IMG/VR virus record: IMGVR_UViG_3300034161_000008
Span: 154,437-218,436 of that record
Strand: one strand, 5' to 3'
Length of the DNA stretch: 64,000 nt
Source of the DNA: a virus
Taxonomy: Duplodnaviria > Caudoviricetes
Positions 1-9,413 of this stretch are shown here, one piece after another. The stretch's first letter is position 1. Each line of letters opens with the position of its first letter. The position numbers and the translations under genes are program-made. Below the pieces are notes generated by a model. The model ran no database searches, was not told the DNA's origin, and worked only from the letters and a program-made list of their open reading frames with translations.

Positions 1-2
1 CT

Positions 3-692
3 CGCTCCCTCAACGACGGCCAGGGAACAGTTCGCTTGCCCACTGTTACGATGTTCGACAGTGAATACGAAGGTTACGCAACGTTCGAATACAAGCGTCT
101 CAACCTGAACAAGCTTTATTCCGGCCTCAAGCCTAAAATCGCATCGCTGGGTCAGCCTACGCTGCATCGTCTGCTGCCTTCACTGAACAAAGCTTTGGGG
201 TTGAACTTGACCCCTCGTGATGTGAATGACACTCAGTTGAACTGGGTGGGTGGTAACGAGCAGGTAAACATCCAGATCACAGCAACTGCTGCGTCTCTGG
301 GTTACGAAGGCGTGCTGGTGGTTCAATACACCCGAGTACGACCTACGCTGGCACTGGTGGTCAAAGACAAACAGCTGTTGCAACTTCGCCATCCTCAAGA
401 TAACCCAGTCAAACGTTCTGTCGACATGATGACCTGGGGTATGGACTTCACGGATGATCGTCCAAACATGCAAGTCCAGTACACCTACTGGTGGAAAGAC
501 CAAGCGGCTGTGAACGCAATTATGGCTGAGCGTGGGTTTGCCAACTGGCCTAACCCTATCCTTCGCCGCATCTTTACACTGGCTACCAAAGACGTACCGC
601 TCGCCAACCAGGCTTTCAAGTACGTGATCATCCAAGAGGCTGTCGTGGGTCCTGACTACGCCGGGACTGCGTACATTCACTTTAACCAGTAA
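3..692 (+). CDS. Virion structural / tail-fibre-associated protein, family A (5'-truncated by window edge)
   Basis: Frame is open from position 3. Carries the family motif F-E-Y-K-R-L-N-L and a C-terminal Y-I-H-F-N like the downstream paralogs. Confidence 0.65.
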   Translation, partial: RSLNDGQGTVRLPTVTMFDSEYEGYATFEYKRLNLNKLYSGLKPKIASLGQPTLHRLLPSLNKALGLNLTPRDVNDTQLNWVGGNEQVNIQITATAASLGYEGVLVVQYTRVRPTLALVVKDKQLLQLRHPQDNPVKRSVDMMTWGMDFTDDRPNMQVQYTYWWKDQAAVNAIMAERGFANWPNPILRRIFTLATKDVPLANQAFKYVIIQEAVVGPDYAGTAYIHFNQ

Positions 693-703
693 GAGGCTTC
701 GAT

Positions 704-1543
704 ATGTCTTTGTACAAAGACCCGCTATCGGTCATCCTCGCAGCGATCACCGAACAGAACCCTGGTGTGGTGCTGGTTGCTGCGGAATACGTGTTCGGAC
801 AGCCTGTTGCTGTTGCTGAAGACGCGAAACTGACCAACACCACGTTGCTGATCACTGCCAAGGACATCACCACTCCTTACGACGGCTTTGTCACCATTCG
901 TTACCGCCGTCTGCCTTTGTCTGATCTGGTTCAGTTGGTTCCTCTGACCCTTCGTGCAAATGCTTTGGCTACGACTCTGGATGTAGCGTTGCTGCTCAAC
1001 CAAGTCTATGGCATCAACTTCACTGCCGATGACATCGAGTCCACACCACTGGCTTTGGTCAATGGTGCTGGTACGGTGACGCTGACCGCTAAGGCCAACT
1101 CGTTGGGCTGGATCGGTACGGTAGACGCAACGATTGAGGCTGGTCGCTTCGATCTGAATGACTACGTGACGGTGACTGCTCTTGCAGGTTTGCCTTATCC
1201 AGACAACGATCTCACCAAGCCGTTTGCTTGGGGTTATTCGTACTGGCGTGATTGCTCCTCGATCTACCAGACGCTGCAAGCGGCGTTCACGGGCGACACC
1301 AACACCCAAACAGATCTTGCTGCTGCACTGGCAACTCTGACGGGCGATACGTGGACTGCAACTGCGGCTGGTCGTTACTCGCTATTGGGTGCCTCGATCG
1401 ATTATGCCGGTATCACTACTGGCCGTACCGATGTCAACACCGACTATAGTCACGTTGTGATTGTACAGTTGCTGGCTGCTAACTCGCTGGGACTCTCCGG
1501 CAAGCTCACCCTGCATTACCACCTGCCTGAAGATGAGGTCTAA
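704..1543 (+). CDS. Virion structural / tail-fibre-associated protein, family A
   Basis: 279 aa; RBS GAGG; motifs IRYRRLPL, YGINFTADDI, LTAKANSLGWIG; C-terminal LHYH. Confidence 0.7.
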   Translation: MSLYKDPLSVILAAITEQNPGVVLVAAEYVFGQPVAVAEDAKLTNTTLLITAKDITTPYDGFVTIRYRRLPLSDLVQLVPLTLRANALATTLDVALLLNQVYGINFTADDIESTPLALVNGAGTVTLTAKANSLGWIGTVDATIEAGRFDLNDYVTVTALAGLPYPDNDLTKPFAWGYSYWRDCSSIYQTLQAAFTGDTNTQTDLAAALATLTGDTWTATAAGRYSLLGASIDYAGITTGRTDVNTDYSHVVIVQLLAANSLGLSGKLTLHYHLPEDEV

Positions 1544-1560
1544 GCCTCAAGGAGTGCAAC

Positions 1561-2337
1561 ATGGCTAGCGCCAACTCTAAGCTTCTTGACCTTGTCAACG
1601 CTGAGAACTTGCCTGCTAAACTGCTGACTGATATCAACGTCACCTTTTCAGCACCTGCTCCAACCACAGAGGGTGGTGACACTGTCGTCACTATCACAGG
1701 GGTTCCAGGACGCGGCTACAGAGGTTCTGTTGACGTCACCTACCAACGAGTGCCCTTGACGCTCGTCGCTCCTACAGCGAGCTTGCGCAGCACCAATCAG
1801 TTTACCCAGGCAACTGTGGTAAGCATGCTTAACGCCATGTTTGGATTGTTCCTGACAGTGGACGACTTCGAAGACTTCACACCTCCGACGTTGGAGCTGG
1901 AAGAAAGCGAGACACTCACTTTGGTGGCTAAGGCTGAGTCGAAGAACTTCACAGGTTCGATCGAAGCTACGTTCTTCTTTGGACGGACGTTGCTGGACTC
2001 AGCGATTGGTGCTCGTATCCTGGGGGTACTTAAACACCCGATTCTCCCGACTGCGCGTTCAGCTCGAATGCAAACGTGGAACATTGACTTCACGTGCATC
2101 CGTGACGCTATCCTGCCCGTCAAAGGCAAGTACGGTGATTTCGAGATTGTTCAAGCGTGCTGTGCTTACTACGACATTCCTGCATGGGTAGAGGGTGGCA
2201 TTACCGATCAGGCAACATCTGCGGTAGCGGACAGCAATCAGGCGTTTGATCGCGTGGTCATCCAACGAAACGTTAACGGTGGTGGTGCAATCGTGGGCGA
2301 CATCTACCTGCACTACAACAATCTCGACGAGGTTTAA
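1561..2337 (+). CDS. Virion structural / tail-fibre-associated protein, family A
   Basis: 258 aa; RBS AGGAG; VTYQRVPL, FGLFLTVDDF, C-terminal LHYN. Confidence 0.7.
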   Translation: MASANSKLLDLVNAENLPAKLLTDINVTFSAPAPTTEGGDTVVTITGVPGRGYRGSVDVTYQRVPLTLVAPTASLRSTNQFTQATVVSMLNAMFGLFLTVDDFEDFTPPTLELEESETLTLVAKAESKNFTGSIEATFFFGRTLLDSAIGARILGVLKHPILPTARSARMQTWNIDFTCIRDAILPVKGKYGDFEIVQACCAYYDIPAWVEGGITDQATSAVADSNQAFDRVVIQRNVNGGGAIVGDIYLHYNNLDEV

Positions 2338-2339
2338 CC

Positions 2340-3257
2340 ATGCCTATTTTCAACAAGCCCTCGGCTGATTTGGTATACGACCTCATCAACCAGGCTAACC
2401 CACAGTTGGTGAAACCGGCAACGACCGTCAACACCAAGCTAGGGGTTCCTGCTGTTATTGCTACACCGGGCTTGAACAAGCTCAACACCAGCATCGTTCT
2501 GGCTGCCGTACCGGGTGGAGATTACATCGGTCGCAAGACTGTAAACTATCGCCGCATCGATCTGGCTGCGCTGACCCGTGGTGTGACGATTGCAATCGAT
2601 CGTTATTCCGCTACTCAAGCCTCTGCGGGGACGGTGGTGTTTACCATCTACCAGCTGCTGCCATTCATCAACCAGCGCTACGGTCTGAACCTGACCACCG
2701 ACGACATCAACGACGGTAACATCCTGCGTGGGTCGACTCTGGTTAATGGTCAGTACACCACCACCGTGACCGTAACCGCGAAGCCTGGTAGTCTGGGCTA
2801 TATCGGTTCGTTCGCTCTGAAGTGGACGGGCGCTGCTCAGGACATCGGGTTGATGCTGGCTGTCTCTGAACTCCCGGCTCGCCAGTTCCCAGGCGGCAAC
2901 GACTTCAGCAACGGTCACACGGTGCTGAACGCCCTGACCTACGGCTACGACTGGACTACGATCTTCACGGCGAACCCGTGGTATCAGTACCCAGCCGGAA
3001 ACCCGAACGCAAACATTGCGGTCAACACTACCATGGGTGCGGTGTTCCAGTACATCAACTCCACGTACGGTACGAACTTTGCACCGTCCTTCCGTTTCGA
3101 CAACGAATACAACTTCGAAGTCCTGACGCTGCCGTCGGCTAAGTACCCAGAGCTCAACTCTGATTACTACAACCGTTGCCTGGTGTTCACACCAACCTCG
3201 GACACGGCCAAAGCGCAACTGGGTGCTGGCGTCATGCAGATGCACTACAACGTCTAA
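2340..3257 (+). CDS. Virion structural / tail-fibre-associated protein, family A
   Basis: 305 aa; VNYRRIDL, YGLNLTTDDI, AKPGSLGYIG, ends MHYNV. Confidence 0.7.
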   Translation: MPIFNKPSADLVYDLINQANPQLVKPATTVNTKLGVPAVIATPGLNKLNTSIVLAAVPGGDYIGRKTVNYRRIDLAALTRGVTIAIDRYSATQASAGTVVFTIYQLLPFINQRYGLNLTTDDINDGNILRGSTLVNGQYTTTVTVTAKPGSLGYIGSFALKWTGAAQDIGLMLAVSELPARQFPGGNDFSNGHTVLNALTYGYDWTTIFTANPWYQYPAGNPNANIAVNTTMGAVFQYINSTYGTNFAPSFRFDNEYNFEVLTLPSAKYPELNSDYYNRCLVFTPTSDTAKAQLGAGVMQMHYNV

Positions 3258-3267
3258 GGAGTGAGTC

Positions 3268-4146
3268 ATGTCTTATCAAGCGATTTCCCTTCCTGACTTG
3301 CTCGTCGAACTGAACAAAGCAAACGGCACTACGTTCACCACGAACGACGTTGCCTTTGCTAACCCTCAGGTTGTTGCAGGTACGTGGAAGGCTAAAACCA
3401 CACTCAAGAACACGGGTGTGGTCGTGACTGCCAAAGCTGGTAGCGCGTATCAAGGTCGTGCAAACATTCTGTACGATCGTCTGCCGTTGTCGGCACTGGA
3501 CCCGGCGAAGTTGAAGGGTTTCCAATTGGCTGCGTACCAACCAGCAAAGATCTACGACTTGTTGCCGTGGCTCAAATACTGGAACGGTTTGCAGCTGACC
3601 AGCGACGACATCAATGATGGCGATCTGGTAGACAACGGTGACGGCACTAAAACTGCTGTGATCTCTGCCAAGCCTGGATCGTACGGTTGGGTTGGGTCTG
3701 TATCGATTCTGGTCAAGCCAGGCGGTGCTTCACTCAACAACGTGTTGACGGCTCCTGATCTGATGGGTCTGAACTACCCAACAGCTTCGGATACTGACAC
3801 GTACTCGCAGATCTACATGTACGGCTACGATTTCACCACGTACTTCAACGACATCGTTGGGTTGAACGTTGGTGCAATCCCTGCTGCTTCCATCACTAAG
3901 TTGGTGGCTGCGTTTACGGCAGTGGACGTTTCCAGCGGTAAAGCACTGTGGAACGAACAAGCCAGTTCGACTGCGTGGTCGTTGGCCGGAGCTACTGTGG
4001 TTTCCAACGGGCTGAACAACCCTGTGACGATGCCGACCAACCCGGCGTACAAATACGTTCTGGCAATCAATTTGCGCAGCGATGTGTTGACGCCTGCTGG
4101 TACGCTGTACCTGCACTACAACGATCCGTTCGATCCGAACGCCTAA
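3268..4146 (+). CDS. Virion structural / tail-fibre-associated protein, family A
   Basis: 292 aa; RBS AGGAG; LYDRLPL, GLQLTSDDI, AKPGSYGWVG, ends LHYNDPFDPNA. Confidence 0.7.
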   Translation: MSYQAISLPDLLVELNKANGTTFTTNDVAFANPQVVAGTWKAKTTLKNTGVVVTAKAGSAYQGRANILYDRLPLSALDPAKLKGFQLAAYQPAKIYDLLPWLKYWNGLQLTSDDINDGDLVDNGDGTKTAVISAKPGSYGWVGSVSILVKPGGASLNNVLTAPDLMGLNYPTASDTDTYSQIYMYGYDFTTYFNDIVGLNVGAIPAASITKLVAAFTAVDVSSGKALWNEQASSTAWSLAGATVVSNGLNNPVTMPTNPAYKYVLAINLRSDVLTPAGTLYLHYNDPFDPNA

Positions 4147-4153
4147 CTGGGCT

Positions 4154-4177
4154 GGGTGGGTTCGCCCACCCTTTTTT
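4154..4177 (+). terminator. Intrinsic terminator
   Basis: GGGTGGG-TTCG-CCCACCC followed by T6, just after the stop at 4146. Confidence 0.85.
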
Positions 4178-4197
4178 ACTGATTTAGGAGACTACCC

Positions 4198-5223
4198 ATG
4201 TTACGTTGCGTCTGGGGCTTCGACCACGTTTTGAAGAACGTGCAGGAATCATGGTTGGCTAACAGCGGCTACTCGTTGTTTCGCAAGAACGCCGTCGCCA
4301 ACAAAGGACTCATCATCAACGACGATGGAGCCATCACTACACTACCGGGTGTTTCTACCGGGAACAACACGCAGCTTTATATCGACTGCACACCCGTAGC
4401 CGTCGCTGGTGTTACAAGTCTTGTATTCGGCCTTCGTCTCAAGACTCTTGCGCTTGGTAACAGCGGCGCAATGCTCTACTTTACTGGTGACAGTGCCGGG
4501 TCGTCATACGTCCAGCTATTGACGTTTGCTCAGCTGACCAAAGCAAACGTGGGTGATGAAGTTTACATCGAGGTTGTTGCGGATTTGGTTGCAGCTACGT
4601 TCACTGTCTTTATGGATGGGGTTCTGATTGTATCTCCTACCGCGATCGGTGCAACGCTCAATGGTCAGCTGAAAGCGGGCTTGGTGTGGGTGGCGGTCAA
4701 CCTCACTGGCTCCGGTCAGTCTGGTTTGATTTCTCTGCGCGACATGTACTTCTTGGATAACGTGGGTGGCGACGGCTTTGTTGGTCGTCAGGGTCCGCGC
4801 CGTGTTCAGAAAGTTGACTTCGATTTGGCCACCGGTACGGGCTGGACTACTACCGACGGCTCCGATCTGCTGACCACTCTCAAAGTGGCTCCAGATACTG
4901 CTAACCCAGCATTTGGTGTGGCTCCTTCCACTAAAGCACCGCTGGCCCTGTCGATGAAGTCTACCTTCTCTGATTCGTTCATCGTAGACGCCGTCTATGT
5001 ACAGCTGGCGGGTAAAGTGGACGCAGCAGGGGGCATCACAAAGACTCAGGTTAAGGATGGCGCTAACAGCACCACAGCGTCCAGCTTGAAATCTGACTTC
5101 ACCACCACCCTCAAATACGGCGTACCGGCTGGTGTCTTTGCGCGTCACCCATCGGGTGTTCGCTGGAACAGCGCCAACCTCGATACTGCTTCCTTTGTGG
5201 TATTGCCTGACCAGGTGAGCTAA
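4198..5223 (+). CDS. Family B GFDH-domain beta-rich protein (putative lectin-like fibre head)
   Basis: 341 aa; RBS AGGAG; N-terminal WGFDH, boundary motif DMYFLD..GDGFVGRQGP, C-terminal P.G.RW...LD; paralog of 7131, 8201, 9414, 11025. Confidence 0.6.
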   Translation: MLRCVWGFDHVLKNVQESWLANSGYSLFRKNAVANKGLIINDDGAITTLPGVSTGNNTQLYIDCTPVAVAGVTSLVFGLRLKTLALGNSGAMLYFTGDSAGSSYVQLLTFAQLTKANVGDEVYIEVVADLVAATFTVFMDGVLIVSPTAIGATLNGQLKAGLVWVAVNLTGSGQSGLISLRDMYFLDNVGGDGFVGRQGPRRVQKVDFDLATGTGWTTTDGSDLLTTLKVAPDTANPAFGVAPSTKAPLALSMKSTFSDSFIVDAVYVQLAGKVDAAGGITKTQVKDGANSTTASSLKSDFTTTLKYGVPAGVFARHPSGVRWNSANLDTASFVVLPDQVS

Positions 5224-5225
5224 CC

Positions 5226-6248
5226 ATGACCACTTCGCTAAGAAATGCTGTGGCTTACGCATTGACGATTCCGCCTCATTCCACTTCTGTGCGAAGTGCT
5301 GTGGCGTATGCGTTGACTCGTGACCCAGGTGTCGCACCAGCACCGTCGTATGTTTCGTCGGATCTGCGTAAGGCGCAAGATCGTTTGCTCTACGATTTGA
5401 TCGAGGACAGCAACCCTGGCTTTCAGGCAGCATTCCCTCTGAATAAAATCCAGTTTGGTGCGCCTGCTGTCAAGACCATTGATCCGGCAGATCCTTACAA
5501 GCGAGACACTACTTGTATTGTTTCTCCAAAACAGGGCAGTGGCTTAGTTGGCAGTAAGACGATCTCGTATCGTCGGATTGACGTTGGGTCGTTGTTTCGC
5601 AACATGGTTGTGCAGATCCAAACCTACTACGCAAGCACTACATTGCCCAAAACTATTTGGCAGGCAGAAGTTAACAGTCGCTTTGGGATTGTGACGTTGC
5701 CTGCTGACTGGAACAACATCTCCAGTGGTATTGCCGCCAATACAGTTTACACAGGGACCACTCTGAGTGGCCTTTGTTACAAAGGCACCCTGACGTTGCA
5801 GTGGGTTCCTGGCAAACGCCCCGCCAGTGATTTGATTCCAGATGCCAAGGTGGCTTTGGTTGGGCGGACATACCCTGCGGGTAATGACTTCACTACACCG
5901 GGCCGCAAGCCCGTTGGTGAGTGGCAGGTCTACGGTGTTGATTTCTCGCCACAGGGCGCAGCAAACCTTGAGCCTAACTCAGCAGTTACTGCATTCGCAG
6001 CTGGTTTTACTTCGGCAGGCATGACGTCACTGTTGAACTTCCTCAATGCAAACACTGGTCGAACCAACTGGTCGAACAAAGATTCTACCATTGATGGCGG
6101 GATCTGCGGGCTGACGTGGTACAAATACACCATTCCATCTGCCTCTGTGCCTGAAGCAAACTCTGCACGCTTTAACCGCGTGATGGTAATTCAGGGGGTG
6201 GCCGGTAGCTGGTTCTCCGGCAAAATCCTTCTCCACTACAACGTGTAG
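5226..6248 (+). CDS. Family A protein with tandem N-terminal motif
   Basis: 340 aa; N-terminal SLRNAVAYALT / SVRSAVAYALT; ISYRRIDV; ends LHYNV like 2340. Confidence 0.7.
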   Translation: MTTSLRNAVAYALTIPPHSTSVRSAVAYALTRDPGVAPAPSYVSSDLRKAQDRLLYDLIEDSNPGFQAAFPLNKIQFGAPAVKTIDPADPYKRDTTCIVSPKQGSGLVGSKTISYRRIDVGSLFRNMVVQIQTYYASTTLPKTIWQAEVNSRFGIVTLPADWNNISSGIAANTVYTGTTLSGLCYKGTLTLQWVPGKRPASDLIPDAKVALVGRTYPAGNDFTTPGRKPVGEWQVYGVDFSPQGAANLEPNSAVTAFAAGFTSAGMTSLLNFLNANTGRTNWSNKDSTIDGGICGLTWYKYTIPSASVPEANSARFNRVMVIQGVAGSWFSGKILLHYNV

Positions 6249-6256
6249 GAAACGCC

Positions 6257-6757
6257 ATGTCTATTTACGTAAGCAGCCAGGCTGATCTGGCAGCGATGGT
6301 CAGCGTGGCGGCGGGAGTAGTGGTTGCGGTGTCGGACCTTGTGTTCGGGACTCCACACCCAACCACGACTGCTGAGAAAGCACAGTACGGTCGCAACACC
6401 AAGATCGCTGTGAACTTTGCCCCTGCCTCTACGGTGGGTACAGGATCGCGCACGCTTTATTACGATCGTCTGGATCTTGCTCCGTTGCAATTGGCTGTTC
6501 TGTTTGGGGCTAAGGCCTCGGGTGGTGCGAACCTTGCTGCGATGATTCCGGTGATCAAGAACTATACGGGTGCTGTTGTTAGTGCAAGCGACTTGGTTGA
6601 AACATCCAGCACAGTGAACCCAGACACTGGGGGAGTTGAGTTTGTGATGACAGCTCAGACAAACAGCTTGGGCTGGCTTGGTACAGGCACGCTTAAGTTT
6701 GATCCGCCTGCGCCTATCGCCACTGCGTTTACTGACGATAAACTCCCAGGTTTCTAA
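6257..6757 (+). CDS. Family A protein, N-terminal domain only
   Basis: 166 aa; LYYDRLDL, AQTNSLGWLG, ends DKLPGF. Confidence 0.7.
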   Translation: MSIYVSSQADLAAMVSVAAGVVVAVSDLVFGTPHPTTTAEKAQYGRNTKIAVNFAPASTVGTGSRTLYYDRLDLAPLQLAVLFGAKASGGANLAAMIPVIKNYTGAVVSASDLVETSSTVNPDTGGVEFVMTAQTNSLGWLGTGTLKFDPPAPIATAFTDDKLPGF

Positions 6758-6779
6758 CCTTTTTCAAAGAGATTAAAAA

Positions 6780-7127
6780 ATGGACATCGATTGGCGCAAT
6801 TTCATGCTTAGATGTGACTTCACCGAATACGCCGATCAGTTGTCGGTTATTCCTGTAGGTCCTCTGGACGAAGGCAGTCAGCGCACTGTTGCTGCTGCCT
6901 TGGACGCAACCGGTCCTTACGATGCTCGCGGTAAGTGGTCGTTCGGCCAGATGACTTCTGAGTGGTCTCTGTACGGCGCTGAGGTGACGTACGTCGGTGA
7001 TAACCATCGCGACTACCCAACCATCAGCATCTTTAAGCACTGTCTTGCCTTGAGCTTCCCAGAGTGGTCTACCGCTCCTGTGGGTGTGTTGTACATGTGC
7101 TGGAACGACCCGGTGGTCGAGGAGTAA
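6780..7127 (+). CDS. Stand-alone C-terminal module of family A
   Basis: 115 aa; DFTEY..., WSLYGAEV, FKHCLAL, GVLYMCWNDP align with the C-terminal half of 3268..4146 (DFTTY, WSLAGATV, YKYVLAI, GTLYLHYNDP). Confidence 0.65.
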   Translation: MDIDWRNFMLRCDFTEYADQLSVIPVGPLDEGSQRTVAAALDATGPYDARGKWSFGQMTSEWSLYGAEVTYVGDNHRDYPTISIFKHCLALSFPEWSTAPVGVLYMCWNDPVVEE

Positions 7128-7130
7128 GTC

Positions 7131-8189
7131 ATGCTTCGTAAAACCTATGCCTTTGATCACTGCATCAAAGTAGATGCTCTGGCCGCCTCTGTAATCGCCG
7201 CTTACAACTGGGTTAGCAGTAGTGGCTTTAACATCACGCAAAGCGCCAATGCCAGTAATGGTTCTAACTCCGTGATCTCTTTGGACGGCTGGTTGGCTTT
7301 TGGGCTGACCAGCTCCTGGTACGGCAGTGCGACACTGGTCACTACCCTGCTCCCTGGTGCTCCGGCTTCCGCAGCCACCAAGGTTTTCTTTGGTGTTCGC
7401 ATCCGCGCATTCAGTACGTATGCAACGAACGATGAAGTGGTTTGGTTCGGGCCGTCGTCAGGAGCTCAAGCCATCCTCACCTTTGCCGATTTGGCTCCTT
7501 TGCGCGGTAGTACACCTGCCGGTACAGGTATCGATCTTTACTTGGAGTTCGCTATCGATGCGGCCACCGGCAACGTCGATATCTACAACAACGGCACGTT
7601 CTACAAAACCAAAGCTGCTCTGCTTACGGCTGGTAACAAAGCCCTGATTGCTAGCGGCTACTACACCTTTTCGCTGCGTCAGACTATCTGGGCAGGTCCA
7701 GTTACTACCAACTGGTTCCGTGACATCTACGTGATTGATGACGTTCCTGGTGATGGTTTCGTAGGTCGTCAGGGTCCTCAGCGCATGTTTCCAGTTTACT
7801 TGGATAGCGCAGTGGGTCCGTGGGTTGGTGATGATGGGGCTACCGACATCAAGGCCACGCTTAATGCTCCGTACCCGGCTTCTGCACAAGTGGTCTCTCC
7901 AACGGATAAAACGCCGTTGGTGCTGAGTTTGGCTGCCGCAATCCCTGACGGTTACAAAGTCAATGCGCTGACGCTGACGCTGGATGGCAAATCGCTGGGT
8001 GACGTGCCAACCCTCAGCAAAGTCGAAATCAAGCAAGGTGGTGTGACTGTGCCTGCTGTGAACTTGACCACGCCCCGGACATTGACGTATTCGCAACCTC
8101 TTGGGGTGTTTCCGCTAGCCCCCGATGGTGGTGTGTGGGATATCAACAAAATTGATGCCACCACAGTTACCATCACTCCCGATCAATAA
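7131..8189 (+). CDS. Family B GFDH-domain protein (putative lectin-like fibre head)
   Basis: 352 aa; YAFDH, DIYVIDD.PGDGFVGRQGP, C-terminal PDGGVWDINKID. Confidence 0.6.
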   Translation: MLRKTYAFDHCIKVDALAASVIAAYNWVSSSGFNITQSANASNGSNSVISLDGWLAFGLTSSWYGSATLVTTLLPGAPASAATKVFFGVRIRAFSTYATNDEVVWFGPSSGAQAILTFADLAPLRGSTPAGTGIDLYLEFAIDAATGNVDIYNNGTFYKTKAALLTAGNKALIASGYYTFSLRQTIWAGPVTTNWFRDIYVIDDVPGDGFVGRQGPQRMFPVYLDSAVGPWVGDDGATDIKATLNAPYPASAQVVSPTDKTPLVLSLAAAIPDGYKVNALTLTLDGKSLGDVPTLSKVEIKQGGVTVPAVNLTTPRTLTYSQPLGVFPLAPDGGVWDINKIDATTVTITPDQ

Positions 8190-8200
8190 GGGGTTAACCA

Positions 8201-9397
8201 ATGGCTATTAAGGCGCTTTATGGCTTTGACCATTACGCACAGAACGACCCCACTTGGGTTACCAAAGCCCCAGCGGGACTTACGCGATATGAGGTTGCAA
8301 GCACTGGGTACATCGATACTGTAGTTAGTGGCTGGGTGCGTACTCTGGCCGCTGGCAGCGTCAGCACATTCGACCGCATTCAGTTTGCCTTGGCTAGCTT
8401 TTTCACTGCACCTGCGGATACCATCAGCTTCGGTATGCGGATTCGTTGTGACGTTCCTGCTGGTACGACTCGTGTGATTTACACGAACTGGGGCAGTAAC
8501 GTCGACTTCACGACAGCCGATATTCCAGGCGGGGCAGTCGCTGGTAAAGTTTCATACGTCGAGTTCATCTACAAGTTCAGCACAAACACGTACACATGGA
8601 AGTGTGACGGGGTGGTTATCCGTAGTGCTGTTGCTCCTACGGGAGCAACTCGAGCGGTAGTCCTTGGTGTTCGAACAATCGCCGCCACTGCGGAGCGTTG
8701 GGCGTTTAAAGACGTCGTCGTTAGTGATGACCAAGATAGTCCAGTTGGTCCGATGGGTCCAGGCGTATTGGTTTTGCAAGATGCTGCGACGGGTACTTAT
8801 ACGTTTCAGAAATCGCCTAGCCAGCTGAGCTTGCGTCGACTGGGTGGCTACGCAATGGCCAAGCAACCTGCGCAGTTAAGCGCCCGGCAGATTCGTGGTT
8901 ATGCAATGTGCACACCATTCACTCCGCTTCCGGCTGGGTTGACTGGACAGCAAGCTGTTCTTGCGATGATCGTAGCAAAGTCTAAAACCATCCGACCGAC
9001 TACGGATTTCACCATCGACGCCTCCACCGTGTTGACTGGCGATCCATTGTTTAACAGTCGTGTCAAAGCAACCGCTACGTCGGCATCGGGACTGTTTGGG
9101 AGTTACACGTTCCGTTACAACCGTGTGGCGTTGTCGCGCATGGGGTTGACCTCGTCGTCGTTTGATCTGGGTACAGCTACAACGATCTATGGCTTGCTGC
9201 CTGCGATCAGTGCTGCGGCTGGGATTACTTTGACCACAGACGATGTCGAAGATGGCGTCATCGGTGCTGGTGACCTCACGGTTACGCTGAAAGCAAAAGC
9301 ATCCAGCTGGTGGTTCATCCCCGGCAACACACTGGTGATCGGTAAAACGCTCCCGTCTATCAATGTTCCTATCTCGTCCGATACCATCGACTGGTAG
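8201..9397 (+). CDS. Chimeric family B N-domain / tandem motif / family A domain protein
   Basis: 398 aa; YGFDH to DDQDSPVGPMGP, then SLRRLGGYAM / SARQIRGYAM, then FRYNRVAL, GITLTTDDV, KAKASSWWFIPG. Confidence 0.7.
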   Translation: MAIKALYGFDHYAQNDPTWVTKAPAGLTRYEVASTGYIDTVVSGWVRTLAAGSVSTFDRIQFALASFFTAPADTISFGMRIRCDVPAGTTRVIYTNWGSNVDFTTADIPGGAVAGKVSYVEFIYKFSTNTYTWKCDGVVIRSAVAPTGATRAVVLGVRTIAATAERWAFKDVVVSDDQDSPVGPMGPGVLVLQDAATGTYTFQKSPSQLSLRRLGGYAMAKQPAQLSARQIRGYAMCTPFTPLPAGLTGQQAVLAMIVAKSKTIRPTTDFTIDASTVLTGDPLFNSRVKATATSASGLFGSYTFRYNRVALSRMGLTSSSFDLGTATTIYGLLPAISAAAGITLTTDDVEDGVIGAGDLTVTLKAKASSWWFIPGNTLVIGKTLPSINVPISSDTIDW

Positions 9398-9413
9398 GGC
9401 GTGGAGTTAAAGA

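Noticed and set aside
2307-6245. Recurrent CACTACAAC as a DNA repeat
   Set aside because: Explained by the conserved C-terminal H-Y-N of family A and preferred codons.
6751-6782. Frameshift joining the split A-N and A-C ORFs
   Set aside because: The required frame has a TAA at 6774-6776, just before the ATG.
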